A DNA stretch of 64,000 nucleotides, from positions 29,081 to 93,080 of the IMG/VR virus record IMGVR_UViG_3300037634_002636; one strand, written 5' to 3'. The translations under genes and the position numbers were made by a program. How positions within the stretch are numbered: position 1 is the first letter of the stretch; every line of letters starts with the position of its first letter. Source of the stretch: a virus (Duplodnaviria > Caudoviricetes). The notes beneath the pieces were generated by a model. It ran no database searches. It was given only the letters and a program-made list of their open reading frames with translations, and was not told the origin of the DNA. Positions 25,901-39,600 of the stretch are shown piece after piece.

Positions 25901-27678
25901 AAACCATCTATCTGTGTAGCTATACCTAATGAAGGGCTGTGAATCATTAATTCAGCTACCATTTTATCTGTAGATGTAACGCCTATTCTTCTTAATACTC
26001 CTTCTGCAACATTCCAAACCCATTGAAGTGATTGATCTGTAATTTCATCTTGATTAGACTTCTCTTTTTGTATCTCTGCTAATTCCTTTAAAATACGTTT
26101 ATCTTTATTTGCACTGTATTCCATTATTTTATGAACAGCGTGACCTCTAGCTGTAGCATTATTAGACTTCTTTTGATATTTATCAACTAACTCTGGATAA
26201 GTATATTCTATTTTATCTTGTGTTAAAGTATCAGTTTCTATATTCTTTTTATTTTTTATGAACTGCCTTTTTGCTGCATATTCAGAATTAACAGTATCAC
26301 TGTCTTGTCCCATAATATTGACTTTAACAAAGTGTGTTAACCTTTGAAATATGCCTGATCTACCTTCATATTCAGATTCATCTGTAGATAATCTTACTTT
26401 TTCTGTATCTCTTGCACTTTCTAAAGTTGATATAGTATCCCCTTCAACTATTTTTTCTACAGATGGTTTCTCATCAATACTTATATCATCTTCTATAACT
26501 TGATATTGAGCATTAGCATTAAAATTAGTTGGATCAGCATCAAAATTAAAAGCAACATCATTATCAACACGTCTGATTAAACCTGGAAAGTATTTTTCAT
26601 ATTGATCAATAATTCTAATATTCTTATCTAATACTTCTTTATTTATTTTAATTTCACCTGGTAAGGTATCTACAATACCATAATATCCTCGAACTTGTCC
26701 CGGTGTTACAATATTATCTTGTTGAAGACGTTTTAAGAAATTTCTTTTAGTTACTCTTCTAGGAGCATTAGTAAACTCTGATAATTCTGTTTCTAATCTA
26801 GCATCAGTTTCAACCATAACCATAGCTAAATTTCGTAATTTTAATCCTGACAGATCTTTAGGTGTAATAACTGCATCAGAATCATATAATTTTTTTATAA
26901 GATTTCCTATTTTTTTAAGTAATTCAAATATAGCTTGGCCTAATCCTTTACCTTTTTCATCGATCATACCTGCAGCATATTCTCCTATAGCTGTTACAAT
27001 AGCCTCTTTATAATATTCATTTCCCCCTAATTTAGGATATCTATCTTTTACTTTCTTTAATATAGCACGTCCTTCAGGACTATTATGTAACTCTTGCTTC
27101 AAAGATTTAAATAAAGCAGGGTTCTGTGTAAATATAGCTTCAACCCATGGGTGTGCAAACTCATGAAAAGCAGTATCTGCTCTCATATATGCTATATTTA
27201 TTATAGGAATATCAGCTACAAATTTACCAGCCCATTTCTTATCTTTTCTATTTATTACTTTAGCTTTAAATCCAAATACTCTTTCTAATCTTTCAACTAT
27301 TCTTAAAGCAGCTGGTTCACCTATTGTCTGAGCATCAGATGTTTTTTGATTCCACTTTATTTGTCTTTCTTCTAACTCTTTATCTTCTATGTCTTGTATT
27401 TTATCCTCCACATCCATTATACCACCAAAACGTAAAGAGTCTAGTCTAGGCTCACCGTTTAGGTCCAGATCCATTTCTCCTCGCTCATCCCCTTCATAAG
27501 TTGTAAAATCTAGCCAATCTCCAAACTTATCTATAAATTCATCAGAAAAAATTCTTTTATAAATCTCATCAGCTTTTCTTTCATCTTGAAACACATTTAA
27601 TAAGCCATTAAAAAGACGACTATTAGTTTTTTTCCCTTTATTAGGACCTCTACTTGGTATTATTAATCTACAAGCCAT
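22987..27678 (-). CDS. Giant virion cargo protein with zincin metallopeptidase and RecB/Cas4-like PD-(D/E)XK nuclease domains
   Basis: N-terminal FGDW...DLNGEP; DTAFHEFAHPW...EAIVTAIG (HExxH); RGHAVHKIME...AE...GIATQIDGL...VDWKSG; hydrophobic C-terminal helices. Confidence 0.75.
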   Translation of the reverse strand: MACRLIIPSRGPNKGKKTNSRLFNGLLNVFQDERKADEIYKRIFSDEFIDKFGDWLDFTTYEGDERGEMDLDLNGEPRLDSLRFGGIMDVEDKIQDIEDKELEERQIKWNQKTSDAQTIGEPAALRIVERLERVFGFKAKVINRKDKKWAGKFVADIPIINIAYMRADTAFHEFAHPWVEAIFTQNPALFKSLKQELHNSPEGRAILKKVKDRYPKLGGNEYYKEAIVTAIGEYAAGMIDEKGKGLGQAIFELLKKIGNLIKKLYDSDAVITPKDLSGLKLRNLAMVMVETDARLETELSEFTNAPRRVTKRNFLKRLQQDNIVTPGQVRGYYGIVDTLPGEIKINKEVLDKNIRIIDQYEKYFPGLIRRVDNDVAFNFDADPTNFNANAQYQVIEDDISIDEKPSVEKIVEGDTISTLESARDTEKVRLSTDESEYEGRSGIFQRLTHFVKVNIMGQDSDTVNSEYAAKRQFIKNKKNIETDTLTQDKIEYTYPELVDKYQKKSNNATARGHAVHKIMEYSANKDKRILKELAEIQKEKSNQDEITDQSLQWVWNVAEGVLRRIGVTSTDKMVAELMIHSPSLGIATQIDGLIQHDDGTLSMVDWKSGGYFLNDKTTTEMMRYSNGTLDNVSNSKLSKAMLELALRAIMVKEHMPDAKFRQVIVQHLERNNPFKAPYEVHLKDYLTIVGNYLQAEKPEVYQRLMAADLLNGDNYTTTKIRNSAALSKYDHLPMEEQLQGLEKDIEVLRNKIKTPGMSSDIYEDEELLQVLTNEYLELTKISKESLNSEKDFGNFKTWASSIYNIASPRIQAFAKIFFKATNKYQKRIEDEKQKAQKLFAAVKSEYMADNLGAKAIGALSFGQLSKYSYKDAFSFAFEQRMDGVQTPGVYMISLEDAQKKRANEEITKAQYELLEHLHTTWNTEWNALMEKKMESGVPYSKHIGMHDVDNAVVDGKLHKNFMPRLPMETGEAYERYDDENFITRRWKGTGRVLNNFAAKTFSLFLEENYYGQTDSINAHIPVRYIGSSGIIADELHSFNLENMHYSFVGNLIRKQEMDFVVALGDGLKSFYNTMKRVKGDDDKGWKNYENFMENFIISSVMEERAAGRRDHWSSKQFSIVNPFFDKTKPATLTNRRSFNISLFKIMMAMKHLTTGKALFFKVIAGTVNGLLITMFTVMKGLQGSIAKRAGYHPSAIDLTTSDLIWGSKIVAGYFADQIKNSFTDKPSENKLHNLLRRFKYLPDNYDYAVDNSDMMFLKNKGLSYDKLFFFHAIHEEWGHALFLAAQMRRIKMPDKSSIWDNYNDDGTFMKVKNGKRNIRGVRIEPSGKKTIIDELTEDEIIRMLKTSTDVHGAYRSHERMLLESTSVGVWAVQFKKYLPALLIQEWESRKDDVHLGAFQEFTDENGNRIKQEVEIDGEMVDMDVMDWKTWEHEGRAKLLLKTTIGSLFGGQYTNYKWGNLNERDKHDIIGIHSKFLVYFLMGFALSGMDGDDEDAIFQRLVYLRKDALQGLDPFELARTLKNPFAVITHLNSLIEATSPDAMRKDIPFLSMGYELERYGLIER

Positions 27679-30600
27679 TAGTTACATTTATTTTCGCTGG
27701 CAACATGTGCTGCATATCTTTTAGCTGCAATATTTTTAAAGTTAGATAGTGGTGTATGTTTAGCAAGTGATACTTTCCATTTAATACTATCTTCTGTTTC
27801 TACCTTTTCAATACCAGTTACAATTGCCTGTACAGCATTAATTCTTAATCTATCATCATGAGTTCTTAATAACATTTTATCTCCCTCTTTTAAACCTTTG
27901 ACTTCTGAGAATAATTCTATAGATTCTGTTGTAATATCATTTACAGGTCTCACTAAAGTATTTTTCTTAAAATGATCATTAATTGAATAAGGTTCTGATA
28001 AATATGCTTCTTTAACACTATATAAACTAGAAGTAGCTGATCCCTTTGCTATTGTTTGATAATATGCATTACCTCCTGTACCATCCTTTTTTACATCAGA
28101 ATGTACTAAAACATAAACTTGACCATAGTTAGGGTTAGATATAAATCTAGGCGGCGAAGGTAATAAATTTTGATCAATTTTCAAATCATAAAATACAGTT
28201 TCTCCAGTTGTTAAATCTTTTCTTCTAGTTCCAAATATAGAATTATTCTCGGAAACAACTGCTTGACTTATTTTTTTACTACTTAAAGATGCAATTTGAT
28301 TAATATTACTTAAAGCATACTGAACCATAAAAGACTCTTTACTATTTTCTAGTCTAGTACTAATTCCTGTTTTTGTATTTACTTCACGTTTAACTAATTT
28401 AAATAATAAATCAGATCTTTTCTTATCGTATCCAATAGAACCCTTTTCTCTAGCTCCATATAGTTCTGGACGCATTAACATAGTTATATTACTAGCAGCA
28501 AAAAGCATTCCTTCTTTAGCTATTGTATATAATAATAAAGACTCTTGTAATTTAGGATTTAATCTACTAAAGTCAGAATAAACTTGGACTAATTCTGGTT
28601 GTAATATTCCTTTAGAATTTCCAACTATATATTTAATACCCCGTCTATCTGTTTTAACAGATATTCTATTTATAAAAGAGTTTGATGCTATTTCTGATTT
28701 AAGATGTGCTATCTCTTCTGCTACTCTATGCGATAAGGCTTCAGTACCTGACGCAATTGTTTCTATATCTCCTCTTTTTATAATAATTGGATCTATAGCT
28801 GTTGTGTCAACTAATGACGACGCTAAATATCTAATAAACTCTTCTCTTATTATTTTATATTTCTCAGTAGCTGTTGTATTATCTTCTGATTTAGAAGTTA
28901 AACCTAGTATATCAGATATCTCTTCTGCATATTTCACAAGTCCTGGATTATTCACATCTAAAATGTGCCCTGACATACTATATAAATGGTCTGAAGTTTC
29001 TCTTGCTGCTTTTAAATGTGGTAATGCTGTTTCTATACCGGATATCTCTAAAGATAAATTAGAATCCTCATTAAACATTTCTGCCATATCTCTTGTCAGA
29101 TCTGTTAATTCCTCATGATTAGAAGGTAATTTCCTAAGTATATTTAAAGTAGTTGCAACTTTAGTTAAATCTGAACCAAACTTATTAAGACCTCTTTTTT
29201 TACCCCCAGGACTTAATAATTCCAACACTTTTAATTGGAATAATAAATCTGGAACAGTGGTACCTAATTGTTTATCTAAGCTATTTTTAAATTTAGGATT
29301 AGTTCTTTTTATACCTTTTGATAGTTTTTGACTAATAAGTTTAATCTCAGCATATTGGCTCTCTAACGCTTTTGCAGTATAATTACTTTCCGCCAACTTT
29401 TTATTAATAAGCTCTCTAACTTGTGTTGCGCCTTTACTAAAATCTTTTGGATTCAATCTAGCCGCCTCTTTAACTGCCGGTTGTAGTAAAATCCTTACAG
29501 CTGTATGTAATGGAACCCCTGTACCTATCATAACATAGAACATAGAAGCAGTAGCCCGATTCATATTAATAATATTTAATATCTGCTCTTTAGCATTATC
29601 AATTGCTGCATTAATTATAGAGTCCATAGTAGCCCAAATAGTATTAGTGCTAAACTTATTTTTTGGGTGTTTTTCATATCTAGATAACTCACTATATGTT
29701 ACACCATCTATTTCAAAACTAAATGGAATTATATCTATAGTACCATCTTTTTGTTGTGTTCTACTATGAATTAAATAAGAAGGGCCTCCATCTCTAGCTG
29801 CCTCCATCATATATACCAAAGCTTTCATTGCATTAGCTCCTGCACCTGTTAATATAGATCCTTGTTGATTACTTTGATGCATATATAACTCATCTAAAGG
29901 ATTAGATAAATCTCTAGTTTCGTATAATTGTGAATGGTCTTCTTTTAAAACTAATCCCAAATCTTTAGATATTATATCAAATACAGAATTATTAATATCT
30001 ACACCGTTAACTACATCACCTTTAAGATTATTCATAGTAATAGGAGATAAAATAGAGTTTCTATTTTCAGGTTTTTTTAGAACCTTTAAATAAATATCCA
30101 ACATTTTATTTTTTAAAGCTGCTTGTTGAACTGTTTCAAGTATTTTAAGTAATTTTTTATGCGCTTTTTTTGTTTCTTTAAAAATTTCTATATCCTCTGA
30201 AACTATTGATTGTCCAATTTTTGTATTAAGTTCTTTAAGCTTATTTTTAATCTCATTCATATCAATAATTAAATTAGCTAAGAACTTATCATCGGACGGA
30301 ATTACATCACCAGTTGTAAAGTATAGTTTATCATTTCTAGATACTAATCCTTTATCAGAATTTGTATATAATTTATTACCAGATTTTGATGTATCTGTAG
30401 CATGAGCTTTTCGTATTACAAACAAAGAATCTACATCAAAATCTGACCCATGTATAGTCTGCAGCTCTTTAGGTGCAATAACAACATTAGTATCTAAACT
30501 ATCATAAAATCCAACTACTTTAAGTGCTACAGAGGAATGTAGTTCAGTAGAAGGTATACGGAATCCCATCATATATTCGTTTTGATATATCTCATCTCCT

Positions 30601-33600
30601 ATTTTAAATTTCTTTGAATGTACTCTAGGCATTAGCACCTCTGCATATGGTCTATCAGCTGTAATATGCTTTAAAGGTCTTTCTATAATACCACTGTCTT
30701 TTATATATGCATCAAGAGTCACCCCTGCTTCTGCGGCTAGATCTATAAGATCATCTTGTAATAACACTTCTCCAAGTTGTGTTTCATATACACTAGCTCC
30801 ATATCCAGTTTGCAGAACTAGTTTAGAGCCTGGAAATTTAATTTTTATAGTGGCTTTAGATAGCGCAGAAGATAATACAGAAAATACCTTATTAACTACT
30901 CCTGGGAAGTTTATAGTAACCGCTGGATTACCATTAACATCTTTTGCATGTAAAATTTCTGCTTCTTTATGTGCAGACTCTTGTATTTTAGTTCCTTGTA
31001 AAATCTTCTTTCTTATTTTTGCTTCTACAGATTTTCTACGTGCAGGCTTTAGATTTGAAAAATCTCTTATTTGACCATTACTCATTAACCCTATACCATG
31101 AAAAAATTCTTTAGTTCCTAAATCTATTATTTGCGCCATAGTTTCATAATACTCCTGAGCTTCTACAGAATTTAAACCATTTGTATTAATCATATAAGCT
31201 AACTGACTGGGATTACTAACTAAAGTATTAGCATCATGTACTGGATCTAACTGAAGTCTAAGATATTTGTTATTTAATGTCTTTATAGAATTAGGATTAA
31301 TTTTTGGAGCTAATTTAAAGCCTTTCTTACCAGGTCTCCATGGAGAGTATCCATGCTTTGATAAATCTTCTTTATTAGGAGCGCCAATCTTAACAGCTGA
31401 TTTCATTACTAGTTCATCTACTTCAGAACCTTCCATAACATCTCTTAATGCTTTTAATCCTTTATGCTTACTAACTAAATCGTTTGTTAAAACTACAGTA
31501 GAATATTTTAAAGCTATTTGATCGCCATTCTCATCAATACCATAATATACAGGCTTCATAACTGTTCCTGCTTTCAATCCTCCTCCAAAACCTTTACGTA
31601 AATCCTTTAATCTACTAGGTAATACAAACCCTTGGCCATCTGCTAATTCAAATGCTTTATCTAATCCTAAGTCTTTTAAATCTTTTAATAAAGCTGTTCT
31701 TTCTTTTGGTGCTAAGAAATCAAATGCTGTTCCTTGAGGATCTTCCATTACAGCAACTCTAAATGTGTTTTTCATACCTATAATAGGATTAACAAAACCT
31801 CTATATCCAGGCGCAAAAGCAATAGACATACGCTTCACTACGTCATAAGAGTCTTTAAATTTAGCAGTGTCTCCTAATACTATTTGATTTAAGAAAAAAG
31901 AATTAATAGCGTAATTAGCAACAAATACAGAAGCTAAATCTTTATTATTTTCTTGTAATTCTTTTTCTGCTTTTTTACCTTTAGGTTTCTTTAAATATTT
32001 TTTATCTCTTAAATTAGCTCTAGCACTAGCAAGATCAGAAGATATTCTATCAAATAAACCTTCAGTTTGCATTTTAGTAACTAATTCGTCTGTTCTTTTA
32101 TTAAATTCTTCAAGAATTCGAGATACCTTTTGTGCTTTATTTAAATTTGAATTATTTAATATATTAGAAAATACAAGAGATTTTTTTATTGGTTTCTTAT
32201 GGTACTGCTCAACGATTGCTTTAACAGCTTCTACAATCTGTTGGTCAGTTAATAACTGTACTTGAGCTGCTTTAGGAGATGATTTGTCTGAAACAGTAGT
32301 TAATTGTTGTGTATAATATAAACTATCTTTAGATTCTTTTAAACCATTAACAAACCAATAATTAAAATTTCTATCTAACCACCCTTTTTCAGATTCTTGA
32401 GAATACGTTACCGGGGTGTATTTACGTTTTTTATCTATAATACCATCCCAATCATGTATCTCTCTTAGTTCACTTTTACCGTTGGCAAATATATTAAATT
32501 GATAAATGTTATCATACGATTTTGTATTTTTCTGTAGATGTAAAGGTGTACTGTCTTTTCTATTACTTATAATACCACTCAAAATATCTATACCAAAAGA
32601 ACTATTATGATAAGCATATATGGTTTTACCCTCAACGTTTCTAATGCTATGTGCTTTAGTTCCTTCATGCTCTAATTTTAACATGTCTCCTAAAGCTTCA
32701 ACAAATGTTTTTTCATCATCTAATAAATCACTGATAGTAAATAAAGGATAAACTTCTCTACCTTTATCATTAACTATTTTTTTAGCGCTTTGATCTCTTT
32801 TACCTACTTTAGGAACCTCTTTAAGAAATCCTTCTAATTTCATAATAACATTATCTAACTCTTTAGGACTGAGGATAACTTTCTCTGCAGGATATCCTAT
32901 TAAGTTCATAAAGTTTTTAGCTATTTCCCTTTTATCTGCTTCTTTGATGGCTTTTCCTTTATTTTGAATCTTAGCTAATATCTTAGGAGCATTATTTTGT
33001 ATTTTAACTATGTGTTCTTCAATAAAATTTTGAATATCAGAACTTATTATAGATCTTGTTCCAAATTCTTTATGTTTATAATATCTTAATGATTTTTTTG
33101 ATTGTTTAGTGTCAGAGTCAAATTTATACTCATAATCACCCATCATGAAGTTTTCCTCTCTTAAACTTGCAGTATTAACAAATATATTCTTTAAATCTCT
33201 GTCGGCTTTATTCTTACGATTTAAGGCTATTAATAGCTCTGCAGGTACTCCTATACCTTTTGAGTTCAACTCTTCATATATACGATAATAATAATCTTCT
33301 GAAGCCTCCCCTTTCTTTCTTGCTATAGCAGAATGAATATCTTGTTGTTTTATGTCATAAAGAATATCACTAGCTTCAACCTTAATATCTTCTGAATAAA
33401 CAAATAAATCATTATTGACAAAATGCATGTTTTTAGGCATAGGAAGTATACTTGTTTTATTTTCAGCATTTTCTAATTTCTTTTGAAGTCTTTTTCTTTT
33501 TGCTTTAATTGCCTTAGTTTTACCTTTTAATTCAGATAATTCTTTTCGTAATCTTATAGCATCTGCTCTCCCTTCGCCAACAATAACTTGATTCATAAAC

Positions 33601-36600
33601 GCTGTGTCTATTAAATCAACTATAGCTTCTTTTACAGCCCATCCAGCACTGCCCTTTTTATGGCCAAGTGAGTTAGACTTAGCTACTATATTCCTTCTAA
33701 ATTCTAAATAATTAATTGAATCTGTATCACTTAACATTTGTAGTATCTTATAGTAAGCATGTGGAATAGTCAATCTTTTTGTTTTTCCATCTGCTGTTTG
33801 ATAAGTTATACCTGTTAAAAACTCTATAACAGATTCTGTAAGGTTTTTATTATGATCTTTTGAATTTGCATTTTCAATCACATCCATTAAGTTAACAGTA
33901 TCTAAATATGTGTCTTCTTCTAATTCATATCCTTGTGTAAATTGATCTCTTTGATATACATCAGCAAACATATATTTAGCTAATCTTTTATTACCTAATG
34001 CTTTTACTCCTTTATAAGCATTCATTTGATGTATATTTAAATTATCAAGTCCTATTTTCTCAAATGCTTCTATTTGCTCTGGTACAAGATCGTCAATTAA
34101 ATACTCTAAAGCCTCGTCTCTAGACATTGGTGTCTCTGATATAGTACCACTTTCATGATCTACTTCAGATATAATATAAGTACCGTCTAAGGTTACTGAA
34201 TCATACTGTCCTAGTAATGAAGACATTCCTATAACAAATCTAGATCTAGCTTCTCTATATATTTCAATAGAACCCCAATTCTTTTCAATATCTTGGTAAT
34301 TCATATTAGTATCTATAGGATCTCCTACCATTCTTTTACCAGAGAAATAACCAGAATCTATATTATCAAATAATTTTTCTATATTATCTGCATTCTTATT
34401 AATGAATCCTAAAAATTTAGCTATCTTTTTAAATATACGTCTTATTACAGCTGGGACACTATTCTCATTTCGTCTAAACTTCATAAACTCTCGTGCTAAT
34501 CTTTCCTCAACTTCAGAGTTAGTCATAAAGGCAGGTAAATTATATTTAACACGAGCTGTGCTAAACAAAATTTCTCTTTCTTTTTTAGTTAAATAATATG
34601 ATACAATTTTATGAAATACCTCATGCCTAATTACGTTATCTAATATCCCATCTCTTTCCTCTAATAAAAATATTCTTTGATTTATAAACTTTCCTAATAC
34701 ATCACTACTTTCAGATAATTCTAACATTCTTAATGAGTCTAAAAACACTACATTACCTGGTATTAAATCGCCATGCTTATTAAATAGATCAGGTAATAAA
34801 CTCTTAAGCAACCATTTAGCGTCGTCTTTAGTTATATAATCACCTTTTAATCCTTCTTCAGTACCTTCATCTCTAAATTCATCGCCTGTAAGAGAATCAG
34901 TTCCTCCTAAATTACCTCTTCGTTTCTTTTTCTTTTTGGGCTTTTTTACTTTTATTGGTGCGGGTTTATTATCTTTCTTTACTGCTTCTTCTTCTTTCTC
35001 TTTCATAGTCTCAGACTTATCTAAAACTATTTTAGTACTTTCAATACTTTCTAGTTGAGATGTTAAATATTTTTCAGCAGATTTATGATTATCTTCCGCG
35101 CTTCTAAATTTAGATGACACACCTGAATAATCAATATCTCTAAAATCACTCATCTTTATAGGAACATATAATACTTGATTATAGCCCTTACTATCTTGAT
35201 TACTAAATACTGCGTTTAATATACTGCTAGTTATAGGCCCTCTAGCTGTAACTCTCTTTCCTGGATATGAAAGTATACTCTTAGAAACTACTCTACGTAC
35301 TTTTTTACCTTTAATCATTGTACGCTTTTCTTCTCTAAATATACTATTAGCTCTAGCTAATCTATCCATCGCTAATTGAGCTCTACCAGTCCCTCTAGTT
35401 TGCTTTGAAATACTCCCTGAAGGATTAGTTTCTACTATATCCCACTTAAGTTCTCTTACAGTATCTCTTAATTGTATTAGTTTGTCTACTAGTTTAGGCT
35501 TTCCTAAACTTAAAGCTATCCTTTTTACATTATTATCAGTTCCTTTAATAAAGTCTACAAACGTTTTAGTCCCTAACTTTAAATTACCTTCAGTTAACTT
35601 TTCAATTGCATAAATAACACCTGTGAACTCACTTAAAGGCTTAAAGTAATTTTTAACATCATCTTTAATGTTTGCAGAAAGTCTTCTAGGAGTTAATGCT
35701 ATATATTGAGTTTTAGATTTTGACCCAACAGACTCTACGCCTTTTATAACTAAGTAAGGCATACCAGACTTAAGATTAAATCCATTTGGTATTTGTCCTT
35801 TTCTAGCTAACTCTTGAATGTCTTTTTTCTTAAATACTTTAACTCGTGATTCCTTTATATTACGCTGTTGTTCAGGAGATATAGATTGTTTCTGATCATA
35901 AAATTGTTCTATGAATTGTTTTAATAACCTTTTAATTAACCCTTTATTTTCTTTTTGAAAGTTTTCTCCTCTAGGACTGTTCTCATGTAACTCTGCTCTA
36001 GATTTATATTTATAAGCTAAGCGCCTTGCTCCGCCAGGAGGTATAATAATACCTTTAATAAGATTACTTTTTGCTGCAAATCCGGTATTATCAACTAATA
36101 AACTTTTATCTCCAGCTTCTGCTAACTCTGTAAATTGTATTGAAGGTTGATGATTTAATTGATATTTTAAAGCTTCTTTTTCTATTTTATTTAAAAAGCC
36201 CATTTCATCAATCTCTGCTTCATTCCCTATTACAGCTACACGTCTAAAGACTGGTTTATTTTGATGTCTAAAAATTGTTTGGCCTCCCTCCACAGGAGTT
36301 CTTGCGGGTTGTACTACTATAATACCCTCGATAAGATTACCATCTCTTCCTACAGTTTGAGTTTTTACAAATAATACAGGTTGATTATCTTGTATAGGAA
36401 GTACAATAGTTTCATCAGCTAAAACCGTAGAACTTAATCCATCATATTCTGGATAATATAAAACATGTTTATTCTTTACATCTATTTCCTTATTAAATTG
36501 AATATTATCTCCTCCTTCAGTATAAGCTGTAGAGTTGTTATCACTATCAAAAGCGTCTTCTGAAAAGTTATCATCTTCTGTTATATCTTCTCCTTCAGTG

Positions 36601-39600
36601 ATCCAACTATCCTTTTTATCTTCTTCATTAGCTTGCTCTTCTACTATTTCTTCCTCTTCTTGAGGAGCTGCGTCTTCAGAGTGTTCATCTCTTTCTTCTT
36701 CTTCTATAGTAGGAGCGCCTCTATGTATTTCCTCCATTTGATCTCCATCATCACTGTCGTCATCTTCTTCTATTTCTTCACTAAGTAAGTCCTCAGGATC
36801 TTTTAAGTCTTCAAATTTCTTAAGCAGTTCAGTATTATCTTTTGTTTCTTCCTCGAACTGAATTCTTCTAGCCTCCAATTCCGATGACAATGTATCTTGT
36901 ACAACGCTCATTTCAGAATCAAGGGTATTTTTTAAATTAAGATTAGCAACAACAATTAAATCTTGAGCTCTAGAAGCTGCTGTATACAACGCTTTGTTGT
37001 ATTCTAAAGCTTGCATATTTCCTCTCTCTATATCCATATAAACTTCGTTGATAGTCTCTCCTTGAGCGTCTATAAAAGATAATACTTCTACATTCTGTAT
37101 TTGATTAGTTTTTAAGAAAGCATTATATCCTTCTACTTTTTCTGGAGTTGTTATAATAACTCTTCTAATATCTGAAGAAACAGGGTTTTGTAATTTTAAA
37201 AGTAATCTTTCTTTAAAATTACCACTTACTCCATATACTCCTAAAGCACCATCTGACCAGGGATTAGGTTGGTTAAGTTTAACAATAATCTCTTCATTAG
37301 ATATATCGTCTCTTCGTCTTCTAAATATATCTTGAAATGTAGATATAGCAGGGTTATCACTTCTATATATATTAGTAACAGGAGTTATATAAGTATCCAT
37401 CCTACTGAATGTATCAAAAGAAGATAATGGAGTAGTGGTTTCTGTGGTTATCTGAGCCTCATCTCCTAACATAATCACCTTTAAAAGAGATTCTCCTGCC
37501 TCGGCTCTCTTTGTATTTATGTCTAATACTTTATCGTGTAATGCTGTGTATTGTATATCACTTAAACTAGGAGCTTCATCAATAACTAATACCTTTAAGT
37601 CACTTGCATCATCATCGCTTATATCTATAAAATCAGCGAAAGTATTTACTCCTTCTAAACCTAATGCTTCGTTTATAGTTTTAGATGAACTATCATTATG
37701 TCCTATAGCAAATACTTTATTATTAACTATACCAGCAGTATGTAGCGCCCAGGGTAAAACTATTTTACTTTTTCCTGTTCCTGCTGCTCCTTGTAAAAAG
37801 GATGATATATCTCCTAAATTAAAATCTTCTGAATTAAAAGAAACGTTTCTATTTAAAAATACTGATAACTCTCTAATAGCATTTATCTGTTGTTTAGTTG
37901 GTATAAAACTTTCTGCTTTAGTTCTAACTAAAACTTCTTCATTAATCAATTGAGCTTGAGTATCGAAATTAGATGTTAATAATCTAAATAATTTAACTGC
38001 GCTTTGGCTTTGTATATGATGCCCTAATAAGGATAATAGAACTTCACTACTTACTTTTCTATTAGATCTATCTTCTTCAGCTATATCTTCTATTAATCTA
38101 CTTGTATCTAAATGATCAACATATTTCCATAAAGCAGATTCTCTATTATTTAAATCTAAATCTGCGTCTAAAGTAGAGATATTATGTAATAAACCAGTTA
38201 TTCCATTTTCTGGGTTGGCTTTATAATCTGTTGCAACCATCTCTTGCTCTTCTGTTGATATTTCTTTTTCAACTATATCTGCAACAACTTGTGCTTGTTC
38301 TCTGTGTAAGGTTTTTAAACCTTCTAATATCTGATTTTTTAATTCTGGTTGATTATTTAACTCTAATTTAATAAGTTCTACAGCTACTAATGCAACAGCC
38401 ATTTTATCAGTCATTCCCATTATAACACCTTCAGCTGCTGTAGCGCCTTCTTCTAACTTAATCAATGCGTTTCTAAGGATATTAACATTATCGCCTAGTA
38501 AAGTTAAAAATTGTGCTCCTATATTCTTAAATAAACTTTTATCATCAATTGTAAAATTAGGTTTTAATCCTAAAGATTGTAATAAATTATTAAATGTACG
38601 CTCTTCAAAAGCAGTTTGCTCAGCGGTTCTGTCTGCAGCATTCTCTTTAATAGTAGTAAGTAAACCTTTCATAGTAACTTCAGCAGCTTGTAGCTGATCA
38701 ACTATATTTTGCATATAATCTTTTTTACCTTCAGGCGCTTCTACTAATCTACGTTTAAATATTTCTAACCTACCTTTAATATTTTGATAAATCCTTTCTG
38801 CAGTTGCTACGTCTGCGTATTCTGGAAGGTGTTCTAACTGACTAGCAAGATAATCCATACCTTCCATAGCCTCAAGAGCAGCTTCTTCTAATATTTTATC
38901 ATTACTAATTTTATCGAATAATTCATCTTTAAATTCAAAAGAAGAAGAATCTTTTTCTAGCCTGGCTACAAATTTTTCAGACATATTAGCTGTGTCATTT
39001 AGCGAAGCAACTTCAGCTTTTATTTCTTCAGCTTGTATTGTTAGTTCTTTAAGAGTTTTATCTTTTAAACCTCTGTCAACTAAAGAATTTAATACCGCTT
39101 TTTCTTCTCTACTTAACTCGCCAACTTCTTCTTCAAGAGTTCTTAGTCTCTTTATATCTTCTTGTTCCGCAGGAGTTAAAGGTTCATGCGTTTCTTTTTG
39201 TAGAGTTTGATTATTAAATGTCTCTTTAATATCTTGCTGCATCTTTTCAATATCAGCAAGTTTTTGTTCTAACTCTTGTTTAGTTGTTACTACCTCATCA
39301 GCTAACCTGGCTAGATCCTCTAAAGTTTGTGGATCCATCTTAGCATTATTTTCTAATATACTAGGTAAAATCCTATCCAATCCTTTAACTCCGTATTTTT
39401 CTATATGTTGCATTATCTCCCCTATACCATGCATTGCAACTGCGCGTTTTACTTTATTATTAAACTGGCCTTTCTTTAAAGCTGTATATTCAAAAGCTTG
39501 TTCATATAATATTTTATTCTTTTCTAGTATTAAATCATTAAGAGTTGTCCTATCATCTTGAGTCATCTCCTCTTTCTTTAATATCTCAGTAATTTCTTTA

